DNA of 64,000 nucleotides from Sedimentisphaerales bacterium (GCA_040772485.1 JAXGYC010000009.1:128001-192000); one strand, 5' to 3'; counted from the first letter of the stretch, positions 1 to 9,647 are shown. Program-made: numbers and translations. The notes: generated by a model not told the origin, from the sequence alone.

Positions 1-355
1 TGAATCCTTCGGTTTGGCCGAGTATTCGTTTCGCCTCATCGGGGCGGACCCTCGATGCCAAGTCCGGAATCTCCTCGGGATACCGGCTCTGGATGTAGTA
101 GGTCGAGAGTTCTCGCAACAGATCGGCCTGATTCTCATCGATTTCTACGCGCGCTGCTTCCGCCAAGCGCACGAGATGCTGAACGCGCGGAGGGTGTTCG
201 CGGGTTCGCTTCGCGATGATGGCTTTGAGCATCTTCTCCGTAGCCTGCTGACAGCAGAAGAGGACGTACAGATAGCGTTCCGCCGCGAGCATCGCTCGCG
301 CTGTGCCCAGGTCATATCGCGCCTGGCCGGCCCATTGGTCTGCCGTGTCCGCCAT
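1..355 (-). CDS. HEPN domain protein (3' end runs off the window; probable toxin of a HEPN/MNT pair)
   Basis: Not in the ORF track. Hand translation from ATG 355 gives MADTADQWAGQARYDLGTARAMLAAERYLYVLFCCQQATEKMLKA...HPPRVQHLVRL...LSTYYIQSRYP, with the QQAxEKxLKA, HxLxxL and SRYP motifs of SAV_6107/TM0613-type HEPN proteins. Confidence 0.85.
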   Translation of the reverse strand, partial: MADTADQWAGQARYDLGTARAMLAAERYLYVLFCCQQATEKMLKAIIAKRTREHPPRVQHLVRLAEAARVEIDENQADLLRELSTYYIQSRYPEEIPDLASRVRPDEAKRILGQTEGF

Positions 356-361
356 GCGATC

Positions 362-390
362 ATCGTAGCCATTGCCGGTGGCGCGGGCAA
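362..390 (-). promoter_or_regulatory. sigma70-like promoter, likely leaderless, for the HEPN gene
   Basis: TTGCCC-17 bp-TACGAT, then 6 nt, then ATG. Confidence 0.5.
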
Positions 391-509
391 CAGAAAACGG
401 CTGGCGGGAGACTGCCTTGGTGAGAAGGGTGTGAAAGGCTCAAGGGTGCGAAGGGAAAGGAGCCGCACGCCGTTTGTCGACGCATTCACGCATCTACGAG
501 CTGTGCGAG

Positions 510-765
510 GCCGGAGGCTGTAGTCTGTAGGCCGGAGGGGGACGAATCTACGCATCTACGCTCCAACGAGCTGCGCCGGACTGGAGACTGTAGGCTGGAG
601 GCTGTAAGTGAGAAGTGGTAAGTGATAAGCGATCGGGGATGAAGCGCGCAGGACAAGAGCGGACGTTCACCCATCTTCGCTTCTACGCTTTTACGCTCGA
701 ACGAGCGACGTGCCGCGAGTCACGAATCCCGCGAGCGACGAGAACCGAGCGACGAGCGACGGCGT
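510..765. repeat. Degenerate 7-bp tandem intergenic repeats
   Basis: Units such as ggaggct/gtagtct/gtaggcc, ggagact/gtaggct, gtaagtg/agaagtg/ataagcg, gagcgac/gagaacc/gagcgac. Confidence 0.65.
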
Positions 766-2078
766 TACTTCTTCTTGCCGAAGAGGGACTTCTTTTCCTT
801 CTTGGGCTTCTCGGCCTTGGGGGCCTTTTCGGCTTTGGCCTTCTTCTCTTTGGGGGCCTTTTCCTTCTTGGCCTTGGCGGCTTTGGCTGCCCTTGGGGCC
901 CTGGGGGCCTTCTCGCGGCCGGAGAGGAGCGCCGCGGCACTGACGGCAATCGCTATGAAGGCGGCGCCGCCGACGATGTACCAGACGAAGCCCTGGATGG
1001 ACTGGAGGATCGAGGGCATCACGTCTCGCTGGGCGGCGACGACGACGATGGCGGCGTACAGCAGGGCCAGCAGCGGCAGGAACAGGAGCATGCCGAGCAT
1101 GTTGCTCTGCGTGTCGGGTGCGACCTCGGCGAAGGCCGGCGTGATGGCCAGCGGCGCCGCGACCATGACCTCGTGCGCTGCCATGTCTTCTTCGGGCGCC
1201 GCGTGCTCGGCCTCGGCGGTGATGTCTTCGACCATGTCGGTCTCGCCGGCTTCGGCCGGAGCGCCTTCTTCGCCGCCCTCGGCGGTGTAGATCTCATCGA
1301 GAATGCCGCCGAGCGAGGTGTCGTCGGCCTGGAGCGACAGGTCGAGCAGGCCGGAACCGCTGCCGAAACTGTCGAGGTTCACGTCCTCTTCGATCTCTTC
1401 GAGCGAGGCCTCGCCGGTGGTGCCCGCCGGACCGACCGTCTCGGCCAGTGAGTCGTCGGTGACCTCGTAGTCGGCGTCCGACTTGCCCAGCACGTCGATC
1501 CCCTCGCTGGCCAGCGCCGTGTCCATGTCGGTGATGTCGCTGTCGCTGTCGAGGATGCCCGACTCGGGGGCCAGCCCGATCTCCGACTCTTCGTCGGCGG
1601 GCCCGGCCAGCGGCTCCTCTTCTTCGGCGCCCATGCCGACCAGGAAGTCCTCCTCGGCGCTGGACGCCTCGGCGGGCTCCTCTGCGGTCAGGTCGTCCGA
1701 CAGCTCCAGATCGCTGGTCGCCTCGGCGTCGGCCGACAGTTGCAGGTCGGCGGTGCCTTCCGGGGCCGGGGCCTCCTCGGGCGCGGCCTCCAGATCGAGG
1801 CCGAAGGAGGGCTCCTGTTCGGCAGTCTCTTCGGCGACGGGCTCGAGGCCGAGCAGCTCCTGCGTGCTGGCGCCGCCCTCGTCCGGCTCCAGACCGAGGT
1901 CCATGTCCATCTCCGGGGACTCCGCGAGCAGGGCGTTGACCTCGTCGATCTTGAAAAGGAGGTTGGAGCCGTCGCGGAACTCTCGGAGCTTGCCGTCTTC
2001 GGCCAGTTGCTTGACCGCGTCTTCGGTCAGTCCGAGTTTCTGGGCCGTTTCTTTGAGCGAGTAGAACATTCCAGCCAT
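765..2078 (-). CDS. Helix-turn-helix (excisionase/MerR-like) protein with long acidic linker, two C-terminal TM helices and Lys-rich tail
   Basis: N-terminal FYSLKETAQKLGLTEDAVKQLAEDGKLREFRDG; D/E-rich middle; hydrophobic C-terminal segments; GGAG RBS before ATG 2078. Confidence 0.8.
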   Translation of the reverse strand: MAGMFYSLKETAQKLGLTEDAVKQLAEDGKLREFRDGSNLLFKIDEVNALLAESPEMDMDLGLEPDEGGASTQELLGLEPVAEETAEQEPSFGLDLEAAPEEAPAPEGTADLQLSADAEATSDLELSDDLTAEEPAEASSAEEDFLVGMGAEEEEPLAGPADEESEIGLAPESGILDSDSDITDMDTALASEGIDVLGKSDADYEVTDDSLAETVGPAGTTGEASLEEIEEDVNLDSFGSGSGLLDLSLQADDTSLGGILDEIYTAEGGEEGAPAEAGETDMVEDITAEAEHAAPEEDMAAHEVMVAAPLAITPAFAEVAPDTQSNMLGMLLFLPLLALLYAAIVVVAAQRDVMPSILQSIQGFVWYIVGGAAFIAIAVSAAALLSGREKAPRAPRAAKAAKAKKEKAPKEKKAKAEKAPKAEKPKKEKKSLFGKKK

Positions 2079-2395
2079 AATCACCATCTCCATCGCCAGG
2101 GACGCACGCCACGGCGGACTTGGAATCCCCGAAATGAGTTTCCTAGACTGCTTATTTTACCTTGCGGCGGCGGATTATGCAACCTTTTTTTGACGCCGGG
2201 ACCGCCGCAACGTCCGGTAACCGCGATTCTTGCGTGCTCACAGCGCGGCCGGCCTGCCGGCGCTGGCCCGACCGCCCGCTGTCCGGCGGTCTCCGCAACC
2301 ACGGCGAACCGTGCGTTTCAAGCAGTCCCACGTTCGCTCACGCACGCGCCGCCGGCATACACCGCAGTTTGCGGAGCACCGCACAATCCCCCCTG

Positions 2396-2423
2396 TTGCA
2401 CAACCTCCGCCATTCTATATAAT
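2396..2423 (+). promoter_or_regulatory. sigma70 promoter for tRNA-Pro
   Basis: TTGCAC-16 bp-TATAAT about 26 nt upstream of the tRNA. Confidence 0.65.
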
Positions 2424-2449
2424 ACGAACCGTCGCAACTTCAGTGCGTC

Positions 2450-2524
2450 CGGGGTGTAGCTCAGCTTGGCTAGAGCGCTTGCTTTGGGAGCAAGAGGCCG
2501 TAGGTTCGAATCCTATCACCCCGA
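2450..2524 (+). tRNA. tRNA-Pro (TGG)
   Basis: Acceptor stem CGGGGTG/CACCCCG, D-arm TAGCTCAGCTTGGCTAGAGC, anticodon arm CTTGC-TTTGGGA-GCAAG, T-loop GGTTCGAATCC; CCA not encoded. Confidence 0.97.
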
Positions 2525-2783
2525 TTGTGGCGTGTGTGGTGGTACGGCACGGGGGCGAAAGGCGGGGTCGGGTCGCCCACAGATCGTGCCTCGGACCGCC
2601 GGACGGGCCGGCTTGCCGTCGCGGGCAGAGCCAGCCCTCCGAGGTCGCGGATGCCGGCCGATGCGTTCGGCGTTGGCGGGCCTGCGGGCCGAAGCGGACA
2701 GGGTCGTCCGGCCTGCGGCGAACGGACCGCCCGATGCGGATGACCGCCCCATATCCCGAGACACACTGTCCAGAGGTGAAGCG

Positions 2784-5240
2784 ATGGAATCCGAAAGCAT
2801 CATGGCAGACGCGTGCAAGGCGGCGTGCGATTTCCACCGCCGCAAGCTCTGGAAGCGGTTCACGAATTACGACTGCTTCGGCGTGCGGATCGCCGGCCGC
2901 GACGACCTGATCCTGGGCGTCGTGCTCGGCGACGCAGGGGAGGAGCACGGTCTGTCGCTTTTCCGGGGCCCGAACGCCGCCGCCTGTCTGGGCGCGCTTC
3001 TGGAGCCTGAGGGGCCGGGCGACGACGCCCTCGAAGACATGGACACCCTCGGCTTCAGCATGGAGGCGTTTGGGACTTTGCCCCCGGACGCACAGACACT
3101 GCTGCGAGACGGCGGCCGCCATCCTCAATATCGCGAAGCGGTGCCGCACTTCCTGGCCAAGCCCGCCGGACAGAACAGTCGATTGCCCAACGAATCAGAA
3201 CTGCGCGAGCTGGGCATGATCGTGCACGCCGTTGTCCAGGCCGACAAGGAGAAGCTGTTACACCCCGCCTGTCTCGACGACCCGCAGGGCATCTGCGTCC
3301 TGAACCTCAGCAACGGCCCTGCCGAACCCGAGGTGCGCCTCACGCGGGAGGTCGTCGAACAGCACCGACCGCCTGTCGCCGTGCCGCTGCTGCCGGCCTG
3401 CCATGATCTGGACCGCCTGCCCCGCCTGAAGACCACGTGGCTGGTCGGCCTGCCCGCGCTGCCCGCGGCAATCGAGGGCGACGACCGGGCCATGCAGGTG
3501 CTGCTCGTCGTGGACGACACGCACGATCTGATTCTGCACGGCCTGCCGGTGTTCTCGGGCGATCTGCGGGAGGCCGCCAACGGGCTGGTGAAGACCTTCC
3601 AAGGCAAGGGCCTCCGCAAAGTCAAAGGACTTCCGGCCGAGATCGCCTTTTCCAGCCGCAAGCTCTTCGATGCGATGGCCCCTGTCCTGGAGCCGCTGGG
3701 CGTCCGCTGCCGCTATGAACCCGCCGTCCCCAAACTGCAACAGCTCATGACGGAGTTCTACGATCTGGCCGACAGACAGGGTGGTGCATTCGATGATGCC
3801 GATCTGCCGGATGCCGCAGACGTCCCGGTTCCTGCGCCGCAGGACCTCAAAGGGTGGAAGCAGGCACAAGAGAGGTTGTGCCGGCGGTGTGCCGACGAGT
3901 TTCACTCGAGCAGGTCGCTGCAATCCTCACGCGCGGTCGAATGGTATTTCGGTGACAATGACTTTGACTACTACGTTCAGGAGCATCGAGAGCAGGGAGT
4001 CCTGGCCGCCTACATCGGCTGGGCGATCGTCGACTACCGGCCCAACAAGACCAGCAAGACCCATGCCGAGAAAATGCTGAAGAAGGGGCTGGGCGAGGCC
4101 GAAGCGATCCTGCTTCGCGCTCAAATGGAGACCTGCCCCACGCTGTATCGGGTCGCCCGCCACAACGCCAAAGCCGGAACCGTCGAACTGGAGGACATCC
4201 TGCTGGGCGGCCGCGTCACGGTGCACGATCAGTTGATGTCGGAGAACATCGAAAACAATCTGTTCCTGCCGGCACGGGTGTTTCCCGCCGGCGCCTACCA
4301 CTTCCTCGAACCGGCCGGACCGCTGTTGGGCGCCGGCATGGGGCTGGAGGCCGTCGAGTTCCTTCGCGAATGCGGGATGGAGCTCACGGAGGCTGGCCTG
4401 CGACGCCATGCGCACCTTTTCGGCTGGTTGTGGGAATGGATGGAGGAATGGCAGGCTGACGGCGGTCAGCCGCGCATGTGCAATACCGATGGAGACGAGC
4501 TGCTCTGGCACACCGCTTCATTCTCCGTGGCCGCTCCCGACGAGGTCCGCAAGGTGCTGCTGGAGCGAGAGGACATCGAATATGATCGGGACGCCGATGA
4601 GTTTGTCTGGAGCAGGCCCGCCGGCCGCAACCGCAAGGTGCCGGGTGACACGGTGGCGCTCGGGCGAATCGAGTTGGTGGGAGATGAGCTGGTGTTGGAA
4701 GTGAATTCCGCCCGGCGACTGGATGGCGCCCGCCAGTGGCTTGAGAAGCTGCCGGGTGTGGTGTTCCGCAACGTGACGACGCGCCGGTGGGACGAAGTAG
4801 ACAGGGACCGGCCCCTGGATGAGCGGATCTCCTCGCCCGAGCCGGTGGAAATGACGCCGGAGCTGAGCGCCGCCGTGCAGGAGATGATGAACAAGCACTA
4901 CATGAGTTGGCTCGACGAGCCGTTGCCGGCGCTGGGCGGCAAGACGCCGCAGCAGGCCTGCCGAACCGCAGCAGGGCGCCGGCAGGTCCTGACGCTGATT
5001 CGAACGATGCCGGACCCGGCAGGACCCGTACCGATTCGCGCTCCGCGCGAGGCCTTGATGCAGGCGCTGGGCCTGACGGCAGAGGCGGGCGGACCGCCGG
5101 CGGGTGAGCCGACGCCTGCGATTCCCATACCCATAGAGTCCATCGCCCCGAAGCCCCGCATCGCCCGGAATGCCCCATGCCCCTGCGGCAGCGGGAGGAA
5201 GTACAAGAAGTGCTGCGGCCGCGAACCCGCCGACAACTGA
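2784..5240 (+). CDS. Multidomain SEC-C motif protein with MbcA/ParS/Xre-antitoxin-like C-terminal segment
   Basis: GAGGTG RBS before ATG 2784; WLDEPLPALGGKTP motif; C-terminal RNAPCPCGSGRKYKKCC. Confidence 0.8.
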   Translation: MESESIMADACKAACDFHRRKLWKRFTNYDCFGVRIAGRDDLILGVVLGDAGEEHGLSLFRGPNAAACLGALLEPEGPGDDALEDMDTLGFSMEAFGTLPPDAQTLLRDGGRHPQYREAVPHFLAKPAGQNSRLPNESELRELGMIVHAVVQADKEKLLHPACLDDPQGICVLNLSNGPAEPEVRLTREVVEQHRPPVAVPLLPACHDLDRLPRLKTTWLVGLPALPAAIEGDDRAMQVLLVVDDTHDLILHGLPVFSGDLREAANGLVKTFQGKGLRKVKGLPAEIAFSSRKLFDAMAPVLEPLGVRCRYEPAVPKLQQLMTEFYDLADRQGGAFDDADLPDAADVPVPAPQDLKGWKQAQERLCRRCADEFHSSRSLQSSRAVEWYFGDNDFDYYVQEHREQGVLAAYIGWAIVDYRPNKTSKTHAEKMLKKGLGEAEAILLRAQMETCPTLYRVARHNAKAGTVELEDILLGGRVTVHDQLMSENIENNLFLPARVFPAGAYHFLEPAGPLLGAGMGLEAVEFLRECGMELTEAGLRRHAHLFGWLWEWMEEWQADGGQPRMCNTDGDELLWHTASFSVAAPDEVRKVLLEREDIEYDRDADEFVWSRPAGRNRKVPGDTVALGRIELVGDELVLEVNSARRLDGARQWLEKLPGVVFRNVTTRRWDEVDRDRPLDERISSPEPVEMTPELSAAVQEMMNKHYMSWLDEPLPALGGKTPQQACRTAAGRRQVLTLIRTMPDPAGPVPIRAPREALMQALGLTAEAGGPPAGEPTPAIPIPIESIAPKPRIARNAPCPCGSGRKYKKCCGREPADN

Positions 5241-5247
5241 CGAAGCT

Positions 5248-5310
5248 GTTTGTAGTGTGCCCGTGAGGGCATACGTTTGACAAGTAGCGTCTTACGACGC
5301 CACTACAAAC
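5248..5310. repeat. REPIN-like doublet, family A copy 1
   Basis: GTTTGTAGTG-TGCCC-GTGA-GGGCA ... GCGTC-TTAC-GACGC-CACTACAAAC: two inverted GTAG-led hairpins. Confidence 0.8.
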
Positions 5311-5400
5311 GGCTCATTTCCACTCCCTCCCAAAACGGGTAATCGCGTCGAGATACGCCCTTGACGACAGCGCGGTGCTTCTGTAGACTGTATCCCGGAT

Positions 5401-6408
5401 GTGCGAAGGGAAGCTATGCGTGGAGAGGTTCCCACAATCCGGCCCGCTCCTCCAACGCCTCTGGGCGACGCCGAGTGGTTCGCCCAGTCGGTTGGTAGGC
5501 CGAGGCCCACCCTACGGGGTGCGAATCGTCAATCATCAATCCGCAATCATCAATCCGAAGCGGTCTACGAGTACGACGTCTATGGCCAGGTGGCCGCCTC
5601 CGACCCGAACCATCCCAACCGCTTCCTGTTCACCGGCCGCGAGTTCGACAAGGAAACCGGCCTCTACTACTACCGCGCCCGCTACTACAACCCGACCATC
5701 GGCCGCTTCCTCCAGACCGACCCCATCGGCTATGAAGACGGCCTCAATATGTACACCTACTGCAGCAACAATCCCTCGGCGTTCTCAGACCCGAGTGGAC
5801 TGTACAGAATCTGCTGGGGTCTGCAAACGACCGAAGAGCAGAAGAGCTACATCCTTGCGAGCTTCAAAAGAGTGCGAACGATATGTGACAATCGCATTCA
5901 AGAAATCGGTGATCTACTATCGATGATACGCGAGACGAGCGAGGTCAATCCGGTCTACGACGTGACCTTGCTCCAAGAGCTGGCCACGTTAAGATATGTA
6001 CTGAAGCAGATTAGAGATGGGATTGATTCGGACACCGAGCGACTGATAGTGCGAGTGGGGGACTTAGGGGAGGAGCGTTATGGAATCTACAACCCCCCTT
6101 GGCCAGAGGGTACGAGTTTGACTAGGTTCCCCGTGTTAACCTACAGTAGTCGTTACAGGTCTCCAGCACCGAATTGTATCGACATGGACGTAACCACCTT
6201 GCACGAACTAAGTCACAAGTATGGTACGGCAGACACCGGCGATGGATGGATGAATGCCTATTTCCTCGAGAAATTGGTTGAGCACTGGGTTGGGGAGGAT
6301 TTCTGGTTCAAGTACTACTGGAGTCTGATGTTCCGTGACCCGGCTACGGGCATTTGTCCTAAACCATTCGATACCTCGGATCCGCAAGCCTGGGAATCAC
6401 CGAATTAG
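5401..6408 (+). CDS. Orphan Rhs repeat-associated core fragment with C-terminal HExxH metallopeptidase-like toxin domain (true start uncertain)
   Basis: YEYDVYG...FLFTGREFDKETGLYYYRARYYNPTIGRFLQTDPIG...DPSGL core, then a lower-GC C-terminus with HELSHKYGTAD; the first ~160 nt are repeat DNA. Confidence 0.85.
   Translation: MRREAMRGEVPTIRPAPPTPLGDAEWFAQSVGRPRPTLRGANRQSSIRNHQSEAVYEYDVYGQVAASDPNHPNRFLFTGREFDKETGLYYYRARYYNPTIGRFLQTDPIGYEDGLNMYTYCSNNPSAFSDPSGLYRICWGLQTTEEQKSYILASFKRVRTICDNRIQEIGDLLSMIRETSEVNPVYDVTLLQELATLRYVLKQIRDGIDSDTERLIVRVGDLGEERYGIYNPPWPEGTSLTRFPVLTYSSRYRSPAPNCIDMDVTTLHELSHKYGTADTGDGWMNAYFLEKLVEHWVGEDFWFKYYWSLMFRDPATGICPKPFDTSDPQAWESPN
5494..5560. repeat. Family B-like REP (GTAG-GGTGGGC-CTCG-GCCTACC on minus strand) followed by heptamer repeats
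   Basis: ggtaggccgaggcccaccctac, then aatcgtc/aatcatc/aatccgc/aatcatc/aatccga. Confidence 0.6.
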
Positions 6409-6421
6409 GAAGGGGGTATGT

Positions 6422-6934
6422 ATGCAGTTTACCAAGAAGCGTATTCGTCGCTTGTCAATCGCTGTTGCGGCTGTACTGCTGCTGTTCGCTGTGCCCCTAT
6501 TCGCGCACCGTCCTTGGACGTACAGCGCCCGCAGGGCCATCGATGTCAACAGTGGGGATGTCCTCGATCGAGTAGTTGTGTGCGGTATGCGGATCAGTGA
6601 GGATATCCACCCGTCGGCGTTTTCAGAAGAACTGCGCAGGCTTAAGATCGATGTCTCGCAAAAACGGCGTTGGATGCAAGTAGACGCAGTAGTCTTAAGG
6701 GGCAGGCCTATTTCATACAGGTATGGGGGCACCATTGACAAATGCAACCTGCTGATCAAGTTGTTCGATACGTGCCAAATCCCAGACACACAGCGGCCTG
6801 CCATCCTGGTAGAGGCTCTGATAATCCTACAGAATGGAGACCTCAAGCAGATGGACGGATTGCTCGATAGACTGGGTGACCGTATCCCTTGGGGAGGGGA
6901 CCCGGTTGAGGGGCAGCCCTCACAGGCAGATTGA
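6422..6934 (+). CDS. Putative immunity protein for the Rhs toxin, N-terminal membrane anchor
   Basis: Starts 13 nt after the toxin stop with an AGGAAGGGG RBS; KKRIRR followed by a hydrophobic helix; low GC like the toxin domain. Confidence 0.65.
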   Translation: MQFTKKRIRRLSIAVAAVLLLFAVPLFAHRPWTYSARRAIDVNSGDVLDRVVVCGMRISEDIHPSAFSEELRRLKIDVSQKRRWMQVDAVVLRGRPISYRYGGTIDKCNLLIKLFDTCQIPDTQRPAILVEALIILQNGDLKQMDGLLDRLGDRIPWGGDPVEGQPSQAD

Positions 6935-6953
6935 GGGTCTGGCCTTTCGATAA
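6927..6953 (+). repeat. 27-bp motif CAG(A/G)TTGAGGGTC(T/A)GGCCTTTCGATAA, copy not followed by a transposase element
   Basis: Also at 7172-7198 and 8860-8886; degenerate copy at about 6895-6917. Confidence 0.8.
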
Positions 6954-7236
6954 TCATTAACATAATGACGCGCGGATGGTGCGCGCAGAATGAACTCATG
7001 ACTACGGAAGGATAAAGAATCATGAGGAAGCACAGAGAGAACGTCACGAGCGTAAGGACCGGTACATCGCATTCCAGCAGCCCGTCAGCCTGTGCGAGGG
7101 TCATCTGGCCGCTGCTGTCTGCGGGAAATCCGTCGGAGGGTGGGGCCAGCCCTTAAAATACAAATTAGGGACAGGTTGAGGGTCAGGCCTTTCGATAAGA
7201 AATCCGGGGACACCATACGCATTTAGAGACATTTGG

Positions 7237-7265
7237 TTGACAGCGTGGCAGCCGATCGCTACGCT
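7237..7265 (+). promoter_or_regulatory. sigma70 promoter, likely leaderless, of the transposase (also 8925-8953)
   Basis: TTGACA-17 bp-TACGCT, 6 nt, ATG; no Shine-Dalgarno. Confidence 0.6.
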
Positions 7266-7271
7266 GCGGGT

Positions 7272-7940
7272 ATGGCGCGGCTGGCGAGAGTTGTGGTTCC
7301 GGGCATTCCGCATCACGTGACGCAGCGGGGCAATCGGCGTCAGGAAACGTTTTTCGTCGAGGCCGATTACCAGGCCTACGTGGCGTTGTTGAGCGAATGG
7401 TGCGGTCGCTGCGGCGTGGCGGTCTGGGCGTACTGTCTGATGCCCAATCACGTGCATCTGATCGTGGTGCCGAGTTCGGAAGACGGACTGCGTCTTGCCC
7501 TGGGCGAAGCGCACCGGCGCTATACCCGGCGGGTCAACTTCCGCGAAGGTTGGCGTGGGCATCTGTGGCAGGGTCGCTTCGCATCCTTCGCGATGGACGA
7601 GCGGTACCTGTTGCGGGCGGCGCGCTATGTAGAGCGCAACCCGGTTCGCGCCAAATTGTGTCGGGTGCCCTGGCGATGGCGCTGGTCGAGTGCCGCAGCG
7701 CATATCGCGGGGCGCGATGACGGCATCGTGCGGGTTCGACCCCTGCTGGAACGCGCGCCGGACTGGCGTGAGTTTCTGACGGAGGGGACGCAGGCAGAGG
7801 AGGGGACTCTGCTACGCCTTCACGAACGAACGGGCCGCCCTCTGGGCGAAGCGGCGTTTCTCGATCGGATCGAGAAGAAACTCGGACGGTCCGTACGCCC
7901 CGCCAAGCCCGGCCGCAAATCAAAACAAGAGGAGAAATAA
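7272..7940 (+). CDS. REP-associated tyrosine transposase-like protein (Y1_Tnp, HUH superfamily)
   Basis: MARLARVVVPGIPHHVTQRGNRRQ, AYCLMPNHVHL (HUH), GHLWQGRF, RYVERNPVRA, WRWSS. Confidence 0.93.
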   Translation: MARLARVVVPGIPHHVTQRGNRRQETFFVEADYQAYVALLSEWCGRCGVAVWAYCLMPNHVHLIVVPSSEDGLRLALGEAHRRYTRRVNFREGWRGHLWQGRFASFAMDERYLLRAARYVERNPVRAKLCRVPWRWRWSSAAAHIAGRDDGIVRVRPLLERAPDWREFLTEGTQAEEGTLLRLHERTGRPLGEAAFLDRIEKKLGRSVRPAKPGRKSKQEEK

Positions 7941-8075
7941 GTATGCTGTCCCCGGATTTGCCTGGAACAGACATTCAACGACCTCTACCGCGAGCGTCGA
8001 CGGGCAGGAGATAGACTGTTCCGTTTCGTGCTTTGGGTGTTCGTCGAGACATTCGCGGGAATTATCAGGGAGAAC

Positions 8076-8651
8076 ATGATGTTTATGCTTATGCAAGATA
8101 TTACAAAAAGACTGGTGGTATGGGCTGCTGTCGTAACAGTTATATCAGCGATACCCGCCGCAATGATGTTCTTTGGTGTCGAGGGTTGGAATTGGGACTT
8201 GTCCGATTTCGCTCTTATGGGCACCGTCCTGTTTAGCGTCGGTCTCGCGTATGAGGTGATAGCAAGAAGATCGGAGAAGACCGTGTATCGAGTCGCTTTG
8301 GGCGTTGGACTTGTGGCAGCTTTTCTTCTTTTCTGGGTGAATGGCGCCGTCGGCATTATTGGAAGCGGGGACAACCCCGCCAACTGGATGTACGGAGCAG
8401 TATTCGCTGTCGGACTCATCGGCTCCCTTATTTCACGTGGCAAGTCGCGCGGAATGGCACGTACATTGTTTGCGGCAGCACTTGTTCAGATGTTGGTTCC
8501 AGTAGTTGCACTCCTCATCTGGCCAACTCAGGCCTCTTGGGGCGAGGTGGGCGTTGTCGGCGTGTTCGTTGTCAATTGCATTTTCGCGCTGCTGTTTGCC
8601 GGTTCGGGATCGCTGTTCTTATGCGCGGCATACAAGGAAAACCAGAACTAA
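8076..8651 (+). CDS. Multi-pass membrane hypothetical protein (low-GC cargo)
   Basis: About six hydrophobic segments; WVNGAVGIIG motif; GGGAGA RBS; alternative start 8091. Confidence 0.75.
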   Translation: MMFMLMQDITKRLVVWAAVVTVISAIPAAMMFFGVEGWNWDLSDFALMGTVLFSVGLAYEVIARRSEKTVYRVALGVGLVAAFLLFWVNGAVGIIGSGDNPANWMYGAVFAVGLIGSLISRGKSRGMARTLFAAALVQMLVPVVALLIWPTQASWGEVGVVGVFVVNCIFALLFAGSGSLFLCAAYKENQN

Positions 8652-8695
8652 GCATTGCCACTTTGTTGCAGGGGGAATTAAGGAGAGTTTCCACA

Positions 8696-8815
8696 GTGGA
8701 CATCCCACGGATATTCAACATCATGGAGAGTGCTCACCGCATCCACAACCCGATCACAGCCGAAAAGCTCGCCACTCTCGGCGCAGCGCTGCGTCTGGAA
8801 TCGGGTTCAGGCTAA
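8696..8815 (+). pseudogene. N-terminal fragment of a YjhP-like class I SAM methyltransferase
   Basis: AAGGAG RBS, GTG start, MDIPRIFNIMESAHRIHNPITAEKLATLGAALRLESGSG then stop; resembles the YjhP N-terminus but ends before the SAM-binding motif. Confidence 0.7.
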
Positions 8816-8887
8816 AGGCTATGAGTCGGCGGGAATACAAGAAATGCCGGCTGAGTGGACAGGTTGAGGGTCAGGCCTTTCGATAAG

Positions 8888-9647
8888 AAATCCGGGGACA
8901 CCATACGCATTTAGAGACATTTGGTTGACAGCGTGGCAGCCGATCGCTACGCTGCGGGTATGGCGCGGCTGGCGAGAGTTGTGGTTCCGGGCATTCCGCA
9001 TCACGTGACGCAGCGGGGCAATCGGCGTCAGGAAACGTTTTTCGTCGAGGCCGATTACCAGGCCTACGTGGCGTTGTTGAGCGAATGGTGCGGTCGCTGC
9101 GGCGTGGCGGTCTGGGCGTACTGTCTGATGCCCAATCACGTGCATCTGATCGTGGTGCCGAGTTCGGAAGACGGACTGCGTCTTGCCCTGGGCGAAGCGC
9201 ACCGGCGCTATACCCGGCGGGTCAACTTCCGCGAAGGTTGGCGTGGGCATCTGTGGCAGGGTCGCTTCGCATCCTTCGCGATGGACGAGCGGTACCTGTT
9301 GCGGGCGGCGCGCTATGTAGAGCGCAACCCGGTTCGCGCCAAATTGTGTCGGGTGCCCTGGCGATGGCGCCGGTCGAGTGCCGCAGCGCATATCGCGGGG
9401 CGCGATGACGGCATCGTGCGGGTTCGACCCCTGCTGGAACGCGCGCCGGACTGGCGTGAGTTTCTGACGGAGGGGACGCAGGCAGAGGAGGGGACTCTGC
9501 TGCGCCTTCACGAACGAACGGGCCGCCCTCTGGGCGAAGCGGCGTTTCTCGATCGGATCGAGAAGAAACTCGGACGGCCCGTACGCCCCGCCAAGCCCGG
9601 CCGCAAACCAAAACAAGTGGAGAAATAAGTATGCTGTCCCCGGATTT
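8888..9647 (+). mobile_element. Y1/RAYT-like transposase element with terminal inverted repeats, copy 2
   Basis: Same ends as copy 1; about five substitutions seen by eye; an extra CCGGATTT follows the right end. Confidence 0.85.
8960..9628 (+). CDS. REP-associated tyrosine transposase-like protein, copy 2
   Basis: Near-identical to 7272..7940; WRWSS changed to WRRSS. Confidence 0.93.
   Translation: MARLARVVVPGIPHHVTQRGNRRQETFFVEADYQAYVALLSEWCGRCGVAVWAYCLMPNHVHLIVVPSSEDGLRLALGEAHRRYTRRVNFREGWRGHLWQGRFASFAMDERYLLRAARYVERNPVRAKLCRVPWRWRRSSAAAHIAGRDDGIVRVRPLLERAPDWREFLTEGTQAEEGTLLRLHERTGRPLGEAAFLDRIEKKLGRPVRPAKPGRKPKQVEK

Larger units (their letters stand above)
7200..7959 (+). mobile_element. 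Y1/RAYT-like transposase element with terminal inverted repeats, copy 1
   Basis: Left end AAATCCGGGGACACCATAC, right end GTATGCTGTCCCCGGATTT (18/19 inverted match); repeated at offset +1688. Confidence 0.85.

Noticed and set aside
2450..2524. tRNA-Pro as an attachment site of an integrative element
   Set aside because: No integrase nearby and no duplicate of the tRNA 3' end was noticed in the window
6954..7168. Possible small ORFs between motif copies
   Set aside because: Short, with no recognisable motifs; cannot be supported as genes
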